NCBI GenBank assembly: GCA_910592345.1
Contig: CAJVPI010000066.1
Coordinates: forward strand, 1 to 62,135
Origin: Paraglomus brasilianum
Taxonomy: Eukaryota
DNA: 62,135 nt
Direction: 5' to 3'
Shown here: piece by piece, positions 28,035 to 39,661 of the stretch
How the letters are laid out: every line of letters begins with the position of its first letter
How positions within the stretch are numbered: the first letter of the stretch is position 1
The notes under the pieces: model-generated
What the model was told of the DNA's origin: nothing
Database searches by the model: none
Seen by the model: the letters and a program-made list of their open reading frames with translations, nothing else
Translations under genes and position numbers: made by a program

Positions 28035-28458
28035 GTAAACAGTAAAAGAGAGCAAGTTAATATATATATTTCTTTTATTAAGTTTATTTTTTGCGTTACT
28101 GCGCATTTGAATAAATCTTGTGCATTAAACAAGAGATCGCACATTCCTTTCATTTATTTGTAACTTGAGTATTACATATATATACACATACATATATATC
28201 CAAAAAGCACCTATTTGAAATAAACTAATATTTCAGTAATCAATATCAAAATCATGTTTGGCTTCTGAGGTTCAAATTCGTAGCTTGCGAATGCTATCAT
28301 GTAGTGTGTAGTAGACACGACTTCTCATGCAAAGGCTTAGCCCCTTACTACCCAATCACATGGAAGTTGGTGACACAAACTTCATTGCATCATGTTGGAT
28401 CAGTGAATGTTAAACCAAAATAATCTTATAATTATATAATGAAATTTTATTATTTAAT

Positions 28459-31092
28459 CTAGAAGTCTGCCACATCGTCGTCCTCATCCATTTCACCCTC
28501 GGCAATTTCCTTGACAAGCTCTCGTTCTCTTTCGCGCAGTGCGTCTGCGGATGCCAATTCTTTGCGATGAGCGTTCAGGGGAAACCTCATGGCCTTTATT
28601 TTATTCGGTAAATCAAAATGAATCAGTCAGAATGAAGACACATGAACCGAAAATATTATTTGACAACTTGCTTACCTTTACGGATTCGTTATGTAGATTC
28701 AGGCAAAAGCTAATACGCTGATGGAAGGCGACCTGGGGCTCATTTGTGGAATAGATATCGACATTTTCCTGAAATTGAACGGGTGTTGGCATTTTCACCA
28801 TTGGCTTAGTCAATCGTTGTGCTTTCTTGATGCTAAATACACCGGTTTCGCTCACCTTTGACTTCATATATCCATTTTCATGATCTATAGTAGCGTCAAT
28901 GACGCCATCACGGATGGCCTGTAAATGCGGTTTAAAGATTAGCAATAATTAGGAGGCACTTTGTGCATCGAAATTCACTTACCTTGGCAACAATATATTC
29001 AGCATCTTCCTCGCTGTCTAAATGTAATTTCAAACAGATATCACGCAAATGTATGCGCGAATATGATAGGCTTATCATTCTGATACCCGCCTTAATGACG
29101 TTATGTCGTAATCTTAAAAAGAAAGAAATTAGTAAGAAACATAAAGACATGTGACAGATAACGTCTCTCGTTCCCACCTTAAAATCAGTGTGAATGTTTT
29201 GTCAGCTCGAAAGACATCGCTATATTTAGCGAGTGCTTCCTGAAAATTTGACAAGTCGCCAACTCGTACAGCTAAAATAAAGAAACAAGATTAAATGGTC
29301 ATGTCAATTAATCAAATGAATATAAATTGACAATACCTTGCACAATATGTAAATAAGGAATCAATGGTTTCCTGAGAACTGGTTGTCTAAATATACTTCG
29401 TTCAGGAATCTCTCCCATCAATAGCTGAACAATTATCGAGAGCTTATATACCTATAATGACAAGACGTCTTAGCAAACTCTGGTGAACCCATTGGTCATT
29501 GACTATTGATGAGAGAGATAAAAGATCTTACAGCCTGTTGGAAACCCGCCGTAATCGTATTCTGTGGCGCCTTGCGCATGGCCTGTAACAAGTGATTATG
29601 CGAGGCAGTATAGTCAAGCTGGATAGCCTTGATGCGACCTAATGACATTTGTTAAACAAAACTTTAGAACGGAATATTGGCATCTTGCTGTGTCCACTCG
29701 ATAATTCAACATACCCAAATAGTACATATAGCGCGCTTGTTGGTTGTTTCCCGCGGTCTCGGGGAATGTTGCTTTGCTGACCAACTTATCCGCTTGATCA
29801 TAGAGATTGTAATGGAAATAATTCCGTAAAAGTAGGTTGAGCAAAGTGGCCTACAATGAACAACCGTGTCAGCAAAATCGACCAGAATGAAGTTGAAAGC
29901 ATAAATATCGATTACCTGACAATCATCATCGTGGCGTAACGTAGCCGTTCTCTGAGCAGCCAGTAATATTCTGTTGGTATACAATTGTGAGCGTCTTGTG
30001 ATTAAACCCAAAACAAATGTGAAGTAAAAGTTCGAATACATACGGCCTTATTTCAGCCAGTTTCCCCAAAATTTCGTAGAAACGAGCATAGTAAAAGTAT
30101 ATGCGTGCAGAAAGTTGATCTAGCGTACGGCGACTGAAAGTCTGAAGTCTGGACGTGGTCTCGTTTGCCAATTGGACACCCTATCGACACAAAATTAGAC
30201 GAGCAATTAACAACCAAAGGTCAGAGTAACAGAATTAACAAGGGGGCTATTGTTGATCATTTTACCTTTTCCAGTTCTTGTTTGTCTAGGAGATATATCA
30301 TCACCATCAGATTAAGATAAATATCTATTTCTGGCAATATGGGAGCCTGTTCGCGAGTGTCTTCCTCGGAATCGACTTCCATCACACCACTTTCCTGGAT
30401 CGAACAAAGTTTTTAAAGAAGCAGGCATTAAACAATAAGCAGTCCATCCCCCAAAAAAAAAAAAATTTAATGAAAATAAGCATCGATTAGCACCTTTCCG
30501 AGATAGTCCAGTAATTTACTCCTATCAGGTGAATCTATTGTTTCAAAGTTGAAAGTTCAAGCTAGTAAGCTAAATTCGGCTGGCTTATTCGCTTTCGCAT
30601 AAGGTTTGAAACAATTTTCATAACGCTCTTAAAGTATGCCATATTGCTGGAAATGATCTCAAAAGTCCTTGACAAAATAAAACATTCTATTGACGCTGAA
30701 TCATTTTCATCCATATAGCAACGCGCTTAAATACGGAACCGATCTGCTGACCTCTCGGAAAAGCTAATTGAATGGCCTGACTCAATACATTCGCATTCAG
30801 ACGTTTTCGAATCGATGCGATAGTCCGTAAAACACGTGTTATGAAGCGAGATTCAATGGTCGCCACGGCCCGTTCAAGCAAGGCAAAATTCTGTTTCAGA
30901 TCTGTTTGATCATGTGTGGAAAATGAAAGACCCAATCGCACAATTAATATCAAAATCATGGTCCCCCATCGAATGAGCTATGAATTATGCACCTGCTAGC
31001 ACCAAAGCATCGGCCTCTAATGCATTCTTTGCCGTTTCATCGACTTCCTCCTCCGCCGCCACCATCTCTACGTCTTGCTCGACAATAGACAT
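28459..31092 (-). CDS. RPN3: 26S proteasome lid subunit Rpn3 (PSMD3), 494 aa, 14 exons
   Basis: Hand-spliced in frame. Motifs [68 protein letters not shown] and [31 protein letters not shown]. Confidence 0.97.
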
Positions 31093-31161
31093 TTTTGAAA
31101 AGAGAATGATTTATAACCTGTGTTACAAGCTTACGTGGATTAGTATTTAAAGATTTTCCCT

Positions 31162-31184
31162 TCACGTGATATGTAAATACATTT
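31162..31184. promoter_or_regulatory. Extended TCACGTGA element in the 126-bp RPN3/MPLKIP-like bidirectional promoter
   Basis: TCACGTGATATGTAAATACATTT, 20/23 identical to 50901-50923. Confidence 0.65.
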
Positions 31185-31218
31185 TTAGTGCTGTTAATCT
31201 TTCCTTTTCTATTGAGAA

Positions 31219-31855
31219 ATGACGGAACCTCAGCAAACGTCCTCTTCCTCCTCAGCTTTCCCTCCATTGCCAAGCTCATTTGTCTCCTTTGACCCTTCAG
31301 AAGAAGCTGACAAGCAAGAGGCTAATGATATTAGAGATCAAAGTGCCGATGCAGGTTACGACGGACTGACTTCGCACCATTATCTACAGTCTGGAATTGA
31401 TAGAGGTTTCAGAGGTAACTGGCGAGGACCTAGTACTAGAGGTCGCGGTAACAACAGAGGCCGGTCTTCTTTCCAGCGTGGAGGCTATGGGCGCCGTGGG
31501 GGTTATGAGCAGCGTGGAGGAGGTTATGAGCAACGTGGAGGAGGTTATGGGCAGCGTGGAGGAGGTTATGAGCAACGTGGAGGAGGTTATGGGCAGCGCG
31601 GACGGGCAATTTACCAACAAGACAGGACGGATACGTCAAAGGTACTTTTATGTGCGAAATTCACGACAATTCCAACAGAATGTTGTAATGATTGTTCAAT
31701 TTGTGTAGAGACGTAGAATAACAAATGACATACAATTTCAGCCAGAAACGTCTGCTAGTGCAGCAGGGAAGTCACAAACTTCTGAAGAGAACATTAATCC
31801 TAAACTTTATTACAAAAAATCAATGCTAGAAGATCCTTGGGCCAAACTTATGTGA
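31219..31855 (+). CDS. MPLKIP/TTDN1 (SICKLE)-like RGG-rich protein, 178 aa, 2 exons
   Basis: Exons 31219-31641 and 31742-31855. The spliced C-terminus YYKKSMLEDPWAKLM matches the SMLEDPW signature of the MPLKIP family. The centre carries RG/RGG repeats. Confidence 0.78.
31474..31602 (+). repeat. 21-bp coding tandem repeat encoding QRGGGY(E/G)
   Basis: Four near-perfect units (CAG/CAA CGT GGA GGA GGT TAT GAG/GGG) with 42-bp higher-order alternation, plus degenerate flanking units. Confidence 0.95.
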
Positions 31856-32739
31856 TAATGGGCCAATCTATGTAAAGTATATGTATTATACAGTGTATAA
31901 CATATATCGGAGGAACTATCGCTTTTCTTTTTTTTAAAAAATATTTCACTTATTCTGCACAGAAGTATTATAATGCAACATTTAACGACAACATAATTTA
32001 TGTTCTCATGTATATAGCGGCGCAATACAACTATCACGAGAAAACTAGAACAGAGTTTATCATGATCATGATTATTGAATATAATACTTACTATTACCTC
32101 AGACTCATAGTCGAGGCTTACTAAAAATTGCCAATATACACGTATAATATATTATCTCTAATCGAATTACAATCTTTGTATATCAGTTCTTCGAGTCCAT
32201 AACTTAAACTAACACATTACTCGGCAGTCAATGTGTTTGTCATTACGCCATCGTTGCAATACCACGAATTCGCGACAAGCCAATATCATTTATATGATAA
32301 ATTTACTCGATGTCGCAACTCATGAAATGCAGCAGAGTATTTGGATCACAATATTAAATATACTATTGTTGAAAGGCTAGCCCATGGAATGGGTTTAAAC
32401 AACTCTAAGATATCAAGAGCAAACTAGAAGTCGTTTAGAAGAACGTATCGGTATCATACAATCTAAGAGTGTTTGGTAATAGTAAGGGTACCATTCGGAT
32501 TTTACAATAGAGAAATTCCAAGCTCAAACCTTATGTTTGAAATGAATTCTGGTGGAAGAAATAACATTATAAAAAACACTTGGAAACGAGCGAGGCAGTT
32601 GATATTATATTTAAATACAAGTTTTTACGAGGAAAGGAAAATCTACGTTATCAATGACCGTTTTTTGAGAATGGATCGAAGATAAGTAAATTCACTTCGT
32701 TTACATAATAAAGATTAAATCTAAAACATAACATACTCA

Positions 32740-33216
32740 AAAAGATAACAGGCATGTCATTATTTCTAATCTTCACAATTGCATCGAAGTCGTATTGTCT
32801 TGCGAAATTCATACAAAATGTCTTCCAATTCGACTCAGCTCGTTCACTTTCTACTGCTTACGTCAAGAAATCCTTTGCTTTTATTAATGTTTGTGAATTA
32901 AACAGTTACTATTTTTAGATAGGCACCATTCGTATACTGAAGTGCAAGAACTTGATGCTCGGGGCGGTTCCAGCATGTCTCCAACTAACTGCTAAGGTTG
33001 CAAAGCTTCACAAGTCCTGTCGTCCTCACACTTTTATTATACATTCTCGAAAATTGTAGTTATGGGACTGTCAGAAGTCTAAAACATAATAAAAGAGAGC
33101 GGCAATCGTTAGAATGTTTCTGACCTTTCCCGCAAAGAATGTAAGCTTCTACTTACCAAACTACCGACCGAGAACGGCTCTCGTCATCGGCGCAGCGAAC
33201 GCGACATCTTGTACAT
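32740..33216 (-). pseudogene. Probable decayed spliced gene of unknown family
   Basis: ATG, a GTAAGT donor (~33156) and a TTTTAG acceptor (~33079) are retained. The joined frame reads as protein-like but has several in-frame stops. Confidence 0.3.
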
Positions 33217-34041
33217 CAGCCACCGCTGCCACGCGTTACTAATCACGTTATTAATCTTCAGCCACACCCACTGTTGATTCATGTGACAAAACAAAACAAA
33301 GGCGATTTTTAATTACGTTCTCATCACCATAACATGCAATTGAAGTCCTTGTTGCCTTCAAACTTACTTGTCAATCAACAGCAATAGTAGTTGCTCTGAA
33401 GCTATAGCTGTTCGCTATCAAAATCTCTGCACAATCTCAAATCGTTAAGGGATGCGTGGCGTTATGTCTATTTATACACGGTTTCCAAATGAACATCATC
33501 ACACTCATACATATCTATCACTAACGTTCTCGGAGTATCGTAAGTAAAAAAGCAAGTCTAAGCTATAATACTAATCTTTGGTAATTTTCGATAAAAAGTA
33601 TGAAAAACGGCGATGGCTAGTATGAACGAGGATTGGTCGATAACTGATCAACCGACAGAATTATTGTGAAGTCAAACATAGGGTCTTTTTTCCTTTTACT
33701 ACATCCAATGAAGATATTTCGATGGAATACTCCTATTGTCACGCCGAGAGTATTGATACACACGCCCTTAAATTTATTAAAGCAACTTGGAAATATTGCC
33801 GTATCTAAAGAATGTAAAAACTTTACAAAAAAAGAAGAAGCGATGTTTAATGCATGTTCGAAAATCTCGTACCAATTTCAAGAAATCCCTTGTCACCACC
33901 GCAACTTACTGATAATAAAATTTCAGAACGAAAGATTACCCTTGATAATAATATGTATACAATAGTTAACAGACCGCTCCAATCCGTCCCTTGGTTAAAC
34001 TTATTCGCGTGGGTTCTACTGTCAATAATTCCTTCTAAGAT

Positions 34042-34668
34042 TCATGGCTTCATTAATTCCGGACTTTCCGTCATGCCAGGAGCCACTTTATAAAACCGAT
34101 CATCCATTTCTTGAAATATCGTATTCCCGGGTCCAGTCGGAGTATATATTTTAATGACGCACTTGTGCTCCGATGTTGTTTCGTATACAACCCCGAAACC
34201 AGCTGGCAAAAACGCCAGGAAACCGTCCATTAAATGCCGTCTTCCAATGAACAATATGGCAAGCCTTTCTACAGCCTCAATCAAGCACTCTGGTCGAACT
34301 TGGAAGTCTTTTGTAAATATTTCGAGGAACTGAGTATACTCTGCTGGTTGTCCACTAAGCTCTGATTTCACTCTGTCGACGTAAGCGACTGCGTCGCAAG
34401 ACTTTCCGGGTAGGAATTTAAGAAAGCCACGAAGTAGGTTTGGAAACTGCGAGAATAAACGAGTCACGCGCTCGATGACTTGATGTTCGTCGAGTTTCTG
34501 TTTGTCGTAGTCCCGCATTAGTTTGACGAATTGTTTCACAGTCTCCGCAGAACACTCCTGTTTTACTTGGGCGAAGAAGTCTAGAGCATCACGAACGACA
34601 ACGGAAGTTGGTGGTGTTGCTGGAGGAGAAGTTTGTGAAGTGCGTGTGGTGGGTACTCGAGGGGCCAT
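34042..34668 (-). CDS. Stand-alone Sin3-type paired amphipathic helix (2x PAH) protein, 208 aa, intronless
   Basis: Two PAH repeats: DALDFFAQVK..FVKLMRDY..VIERVTRLFSQFPNLLRGFLKFLP and DAVAYVDRVKSEL..YTQFLEIF..LFIGRRHLMDGFLAFLP. No HDAC-interaction domain. TATA-like CATATAAA just upstream. Confidence 0.85.
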   Translation of the reverse strand: MAPRVPTTRTSQTSPPATPPTSVVVRDALDFFAQVKQECSAETVKQFVKLMRDYDKQKLDEHQVIERVTRLFSQFPNLLRGFLKFLPGKSCDAVAYVDRVKSELSGQPAEYTQFLEIFTKDFQVRPECLIEAVERLAILFIGRRHLMDGFLAFLPAGFGVVYETTSEHKCVIKIYTPTGPGNTIFQEMDDRFYKVAPGMTESPELMKP

Positions 34669-35005
34669 GGGTGTTGGCTGTTTATATGAATGCGAAGGAG
34701 AAAGGAGTTTTGAGTGTGAATTGCAATAACTTTAGGGGTCCAAAATTGATTACCTAGTCACCATTGGTTAAATGCAGGGATAAGGCAATGCATGTGAAAA
34801 ATCTCTTTGTCCAATAAAATTTATTATCGTAAACGAGCTTAAAACTAGCGTCATCTAAAGAGAGAAGTTGTTCAATTCTGCCTTTCATCAACTTGATATT
34901 AATATAGTTTCTATGAACATTCCAACTTAAACGTGTCTAAAATCTATCAGTTTGATAATCAATGACAAAATTCAGTTACTCGTCATCATGATACCTGACG
35001 GTCTA

Positions 35006-35383
35006 CAGTCACACAGGCAAAACTGGTATGGGAGTGTGAATAGGAAATATGCCAAATTTTATTATACAAACTCCCTCTTTTGAAACACCACTGATGTTAA
35101 CGACAATAACAATGAAATTTTAAATGTTAATTTTTTAATTGTTAACAGTAGAGTCATCAAGTATGAATTTCTTATTAAACGGTTAGTCGCTTTTGGATGT
35201 TGTTTAACATATTCGCAAATTTCATGATGATTATCTAGGCTTGTGTTAAATAAACTTCTACACGCTTTGGACATTGTGAAGTTAATAAGTAACAATAATG
35301 TTTTTACACGCATAATTTTCAATTTTATGCTGAAATCGGTTGACAATGACTCACATATTGTGACTGTATAGGAAGTGTGACTG
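35006..35383 (-). mobile_element. Internally deleted pogo/Tc5-type DNA transposon relic
   Basis: TA|CAGTCACAC ... GTGTGACTG|TA termini. The internal - strand fragment HEICEYVKQHPKAT resembles the N-terminal helix of CENP-B/Tc5 transposases. Confidence 0.6.
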
Positions 35384-36325
35384 TAGGGGAAAAACCCAGC
35401 AATTACTTGATTACTCGACCGAACAGCAAAATTTAGATAAATCCACAGGCACTTTTATCCCTTCTGGAGTTTTAACTTCAGCATAGCAGAATCCAAAAAT
35501 TAAGTTTAGTGAAGATGGTGAAAGAAAGCTGTCAAAATCACTTGACTTGGATGGGTCGAATGTATATGAAAGAAACTTTTCCGTACAAGTCTGACGTAGA
35601 TGGCCGAAATTCTGCTTGATAAATAATCGAGCGATTGTTTATGACATTACAATGGCATGTGAAAAGATAGAAAAATGGAGTTCGGCATTAATAGGCGTTG
35701 CAGAAAACAATCAAAGGATGCAAGAAAAAAGCCGATCAATATGAATTTACGTGGCAAATTCGGTACACAGTAAAGTCTCACTTAACGAACAAAGTCAGGC
35801 AAATGGAACGGAGCACTTCGTTAAACCGGACTTTACGGTGTATATCGAGACAAAGTTATTATTGTCGGTTAGTCAAAAATCTTCGGGCTTTCCTACAGAT
35901 CTTAATAAAATTCGGTTTAATGCAATTTTGGCTCAGCGTGGCTTCGTCTCGTCTAAAAGCTTGCCTTGTAATGACAAACTTTAGTTTAAAGCCAGTTTAA
36001 GATCACTAACTGTATTAGTTGATTTAGCAGGGATAGATAGAGGTTAGCATTCTCCATAGTAATGTGATTGGCTTGACAACAGTGATGAATTTGCAGAAAA
36101 AACACCATGTAAGAGGCTAGAATTGGTTTGGAAACTACTATTAGATGTTGACTTTAATGCAGCAATGTTAACGATTTACGCATTTTTCGTAAATATTTGA
36201 ATTCAACTTTTATTACATCAAATAACTTCAAGATATTTACTAGCAGTTTTAGATAAGATAAATTCCCCAAACCGATAGGCTTTGAGACTAATCCCATCAA
36301 AGAAATCGAAGTGATTACTCAATAA

Positions 36326-36994
36326 TTGACATGGATGATGAAATTACAGTATATTGCAATGTATTTGTTTGGTATTGATGTGGGATTAGTGCATTGTGAT
36401 CTTCATGGCAGAAACATTGTTTTGGATAGTAGTACTCCGATCAGTGAATTCACACGAGTCAAATTCAACCATTCGAGGCGTTTTGCCCTTTATTGCACCG
36501 GAAATCTTCCATACCTGCAAATCTACTCAGAGATCAGATGTGTATTCTTTTGGTATAATTATGTATTTGATTGCTACTGGTGAACCACCTTTTAGAGATA
36601 CACAGTGAAAGTCGATATAACGGACTAGTCGGTTCCATTAATAAAAATTTTCAAAAATCCGTTATAACGAAGAAATTCGGTATAGCGGATAAAATACTAT
36701 AACCCGTTCTCAACGTCAATCCGGTATATTGAGATTTTACTTAGTGTCCGTTATATCGAGAGTCCGTTATATCGACTTTGACTGTGTATGCAGTTCGATA
36801 GAGATTTAGTATGCGATATTATGGGCGGACTACGACCATCGATGCCTGATTCAGCATCAGAAGAATTCAAGAAAATTGCTCAGCTTTGCTGGGGTGCCGA
36901 TCCTAATAAGCGTCCAGATGCATTGACACTAGTATCGAGCTTATTAGTGACAAGGATGACAACACGTGGAATGCCGTTTATCATAATGATGTAA
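36326..36994 (+). pseudogene. Tyrosine-kinase-like (TKL) protein kinase pseudogene, interrupted by a MITE
   Basis: GLVHCDLHGRNIVL, then a frameshift with the DFG region lost, then GVLPFIAPEIF..SDVYSFGIIMYLIATGEPPFRD, the MITE, and MQFDRDLVCDIMGGLRPSMP..CWGADPNKRP. Confidence 0.9.
36601..36786. mobile_element. 186-bp MITE (Tc1/mariner-pogo type) with 26-bp TIRs and TA target-site duplication
   Basis: Left TIR CACAGTGAAAGTCGATATAACGGACT; right TIR (reverse complement) CACAGTCAAAGTCGATATAACGGACT; 25/26 match. TA at 36599-36600 and 36787-36788. Internal CCGTTATA.CGA subrepeats. Confidence 0.95.
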
Positions 36995-37299
36995 AACCCC
37001 TTTTTGAATAAACTTGTATTCAACGGGCTTATACAGGTTCGAATTATACGATGTGCTTCCACGTATTAGTATGTCAATATGGTTGAGTTAACAAGATGCC
37101 GAAATAAAATCGTGCATATTTACTGTTAGCTGCCTTTGCCGGGGTAGATAGATTATTTGACTATGGTGCACCAACTCTATATCGACAATAAAATCACCTG
37201 TCTTTTAAATCTTTCAGCTCAATGTAGAGACGTTTTTTTAGAAAATCCGCCAATAATTATGTTTGTTATGATATGCTTTACAAAGTTACTGGCTGTTTT

Positions 37300-37600
37300 G
37301 TCGTAAAAATTTCTTTACTGCCCACTCAGCCATCCTTCCTTCTAAGCCTTTATCATATGCATACATGACTTTCTCGTAAATTTTCGGATTGTAGTAATGG
37401 CTCCTGGCTGATATCAACTGTTCCATATTCACAAGCAATACTCAGCGTTATGACAGCGGAAAAGGGTTTCAGTACCTAGATCCTAATTCAGTATTGGGGA
37501 TTTTCTTTAGGAAATTGAGTGGTTTGCAAAGGTATCAACATTTTCTTTTGAAGAGCTCATCCTGGAGTTGTCAAAGCCCAGCTGGTTGCTAATGTGTAAT
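37300..37600 (-). mobile_element. Degenerate IS630/Tc1-like DDE transposase fragment
   Basis: The - strand gives ITTIRKFTRKS../AYDKGLEGRMAEWAVKKF, resembling the C-terminal 'IRKFARKSWRYMDAYRKGL..AVKKY' tail of fungal Tc1-like transposases. An FDNS remnant lies upstream. Confidence 0.55.
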
Positions 37601-38688
37601 GATACTTATACTAATACTGAATTTAATTTGTTTAAAAACTAAACAAGTGAGTGTTTCTGAAAGTATCAAAGAAATTAAATCCTTTTCAATCTTATCTTCC
37701 TTTGGATTATAAAAGGCAAGAATATCTTTATCACAATATCCACTATGAATTCACCACTTGTTAATTGGTATCAAGTTTAGGAAATTTAATCTTTCAACAA
37801 ACATTGCTGACTTTTTCTGCTTTAATTTTAAAATGACTATATTAATATACTTAATCATAAAAAATTTTGATGTATAAGTATATTTAAAATAATAACAAAA
37901 AACATGACAGAAAACGAAACAATACAACAACAACTAAACAAAGCAAAACTCACAATTTGAAATAAAACTGCTTTATGCAAATCTAAATTTATTAAAATAT
38001 ATCGCCCAACAGTGAAAAAAAAAGGCAAAAACCAAGAAATTATAGCTAAAATTGGTAATTATGAATATCTCCGAACTGGATTTGATAACATTCCCCTTGA
38101 AGAAATGCTTGAAAGTGTTTTTTTAGTCAATCAAACTAATGAAATGCTGTTAAAAAAAGAAAAAGAAGCTCACCAACAAACTAGTCGTGATTATAAAAAA
38201 GAAAGACTGCTCTTCTAGAAAACAAGAAAAAGGGCTACCACGTATCGTTTTTATGATTTGTGCAGCCAGCTCATTGTATAATTCGGTGCGGTGTTATTGC
38301 ATGTTCGCAAGAATAAAGCGCGCGACTCTTTGTATATACGGTATGTCGATACTTCAAATATTTGTCATAGTTACTGATAATAAAAATCTTATTAATGTAT
38401 GCGCTTATTTGCCTTGAGGCATGGCACTTTAAATGTTTGCTACAGTTACTGATAATAAACCAGTTTTTTATATTTGCGTTTAAGTTTCCCACCATGCCAC
38501 TGTGCTGCTCTTCACCGTCATAAACGTTGCCCCCACTTATCATGTTGAGGTGGCAGCACGTCAAGTGTGTAAGATACGGCAGTTTACCACTTCGGTTTGA
38601 TTATTGTGTGGTAGTAGATTCAACTAGTTTCGTTGAGGAAAATCTTGCGAAAAAAATTTTACGTTTGATTGAGCATGATCGATATACA

Positions 38689-38816
38689 CACAGTGAGTGA
38701 AACTCGATAAGTCGGACAAAATCTCTGCCCTTTTCTTTTTTTCATATTAAAATCCTTTCGACAAGTCGGATAACCATGCCCAGCCAGTCGTGTCCGACTT
38801 ATCGAGTTTCACTGTG
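38689..38816. mobile_element. ~128-bp MITE related to the 36601 element
   Basis: Left end CACAGTG(AGTG)AAACTCGATAAGTCGGACA; right end TGTCCGACTTATCGAGTTTCACTGTG|TA. An internal copy TCGACAAGTCGGATA is present. Confidence 0.9.
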
Positions 38817-38861
38817 TATATATAACGGGGTCAGTTTATTGTCCGCGTGTGTATTGATATA

Positions 38862-39578
38862 CAGTGGACTCTCCCTAAGTGCATGATCCTAAGTGCATTA
38901 TCTTTAAGTGCAGGAAATAATCTGGGACCTGCAGGTTCTCCCTGTTGTAAAAAATTCTCCATAAGTGTGCAGTTCAATAAACAGCCAATCAATTTATAGA
39001 TCATTTTCATTTAAGTACTGTTGATCAATCACTATTACTTGTTCTCAAGTACAAAGACAGGAACCCATGTAAATGTTGCTCAATGGGTTAAGACAACATT
39101 TAACTTAGACATCAACCCAACGACTGTTGGACGTTTACTGAAGCGAAATGACATTAAGGAATGTGAAAATGTCTCTAATACCAAAATATCAAGAGCTGTC
39201 CAATATCCTGATCTTGAAAACGCAATGCGCGAATGGGTCATAGAGTCAAGATATGTCATAATATATTGGCACAATTTCAAAATGGGGAGAAATCTGCACG
39301 TTATATCGTTTCGGCAGACTAATCTCGAATTGTTTTTCAACTCTAATGCTCTTGATATTGATAAAGAATTCCAGTACAATAAACGGTTTTGAGTATTTAC
39401 CGCTTTTTGCAACATCTGTATTACTTTCTTTTCAGGTCTGTTGTTTGTTGATTTATTATTTACAGTCTATAGTAGTAAATAATATATCCACGTGAATTCA
39501 ATATTACTGGTTCTCCCTAAATGCAGGTTCTCTCTCTAAGTGCAGGGCCCCAACGACCTGCGCTTAGTAGTTACACTG
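38862..39578 (+). mobile_element. Internally deleted pogo/Tigger-type transposon with CENP-B/Tc5 HTH remnant
   Basis: TA|CAGTGG..CTAAGTGCA left end and ..TGCGCTTAG..ACACTG right end. CTAAGTGCA subrepeats at both ends. Internal HVNVAQWVKTTFNLDINPTTVGRLLK..RAVQYPDLENAMREWV; no DDE domain. Confidence 0.8.
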
Positions 39579-39661
39579 GTAATCACATGATTATTGCACC
39601 CCCCGCAATTCAGAATCATGTGTCTTTTTGGCACGCCAATTCTTTGTCTGCAAAATTAAAA

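Noticed and set aside
35700..35990. KPDFTV..TDLNKI fragment reminiscent of PD-(D/E)xK nuclease-like fungal families
   Set aside because: Too short and degenerate to call.
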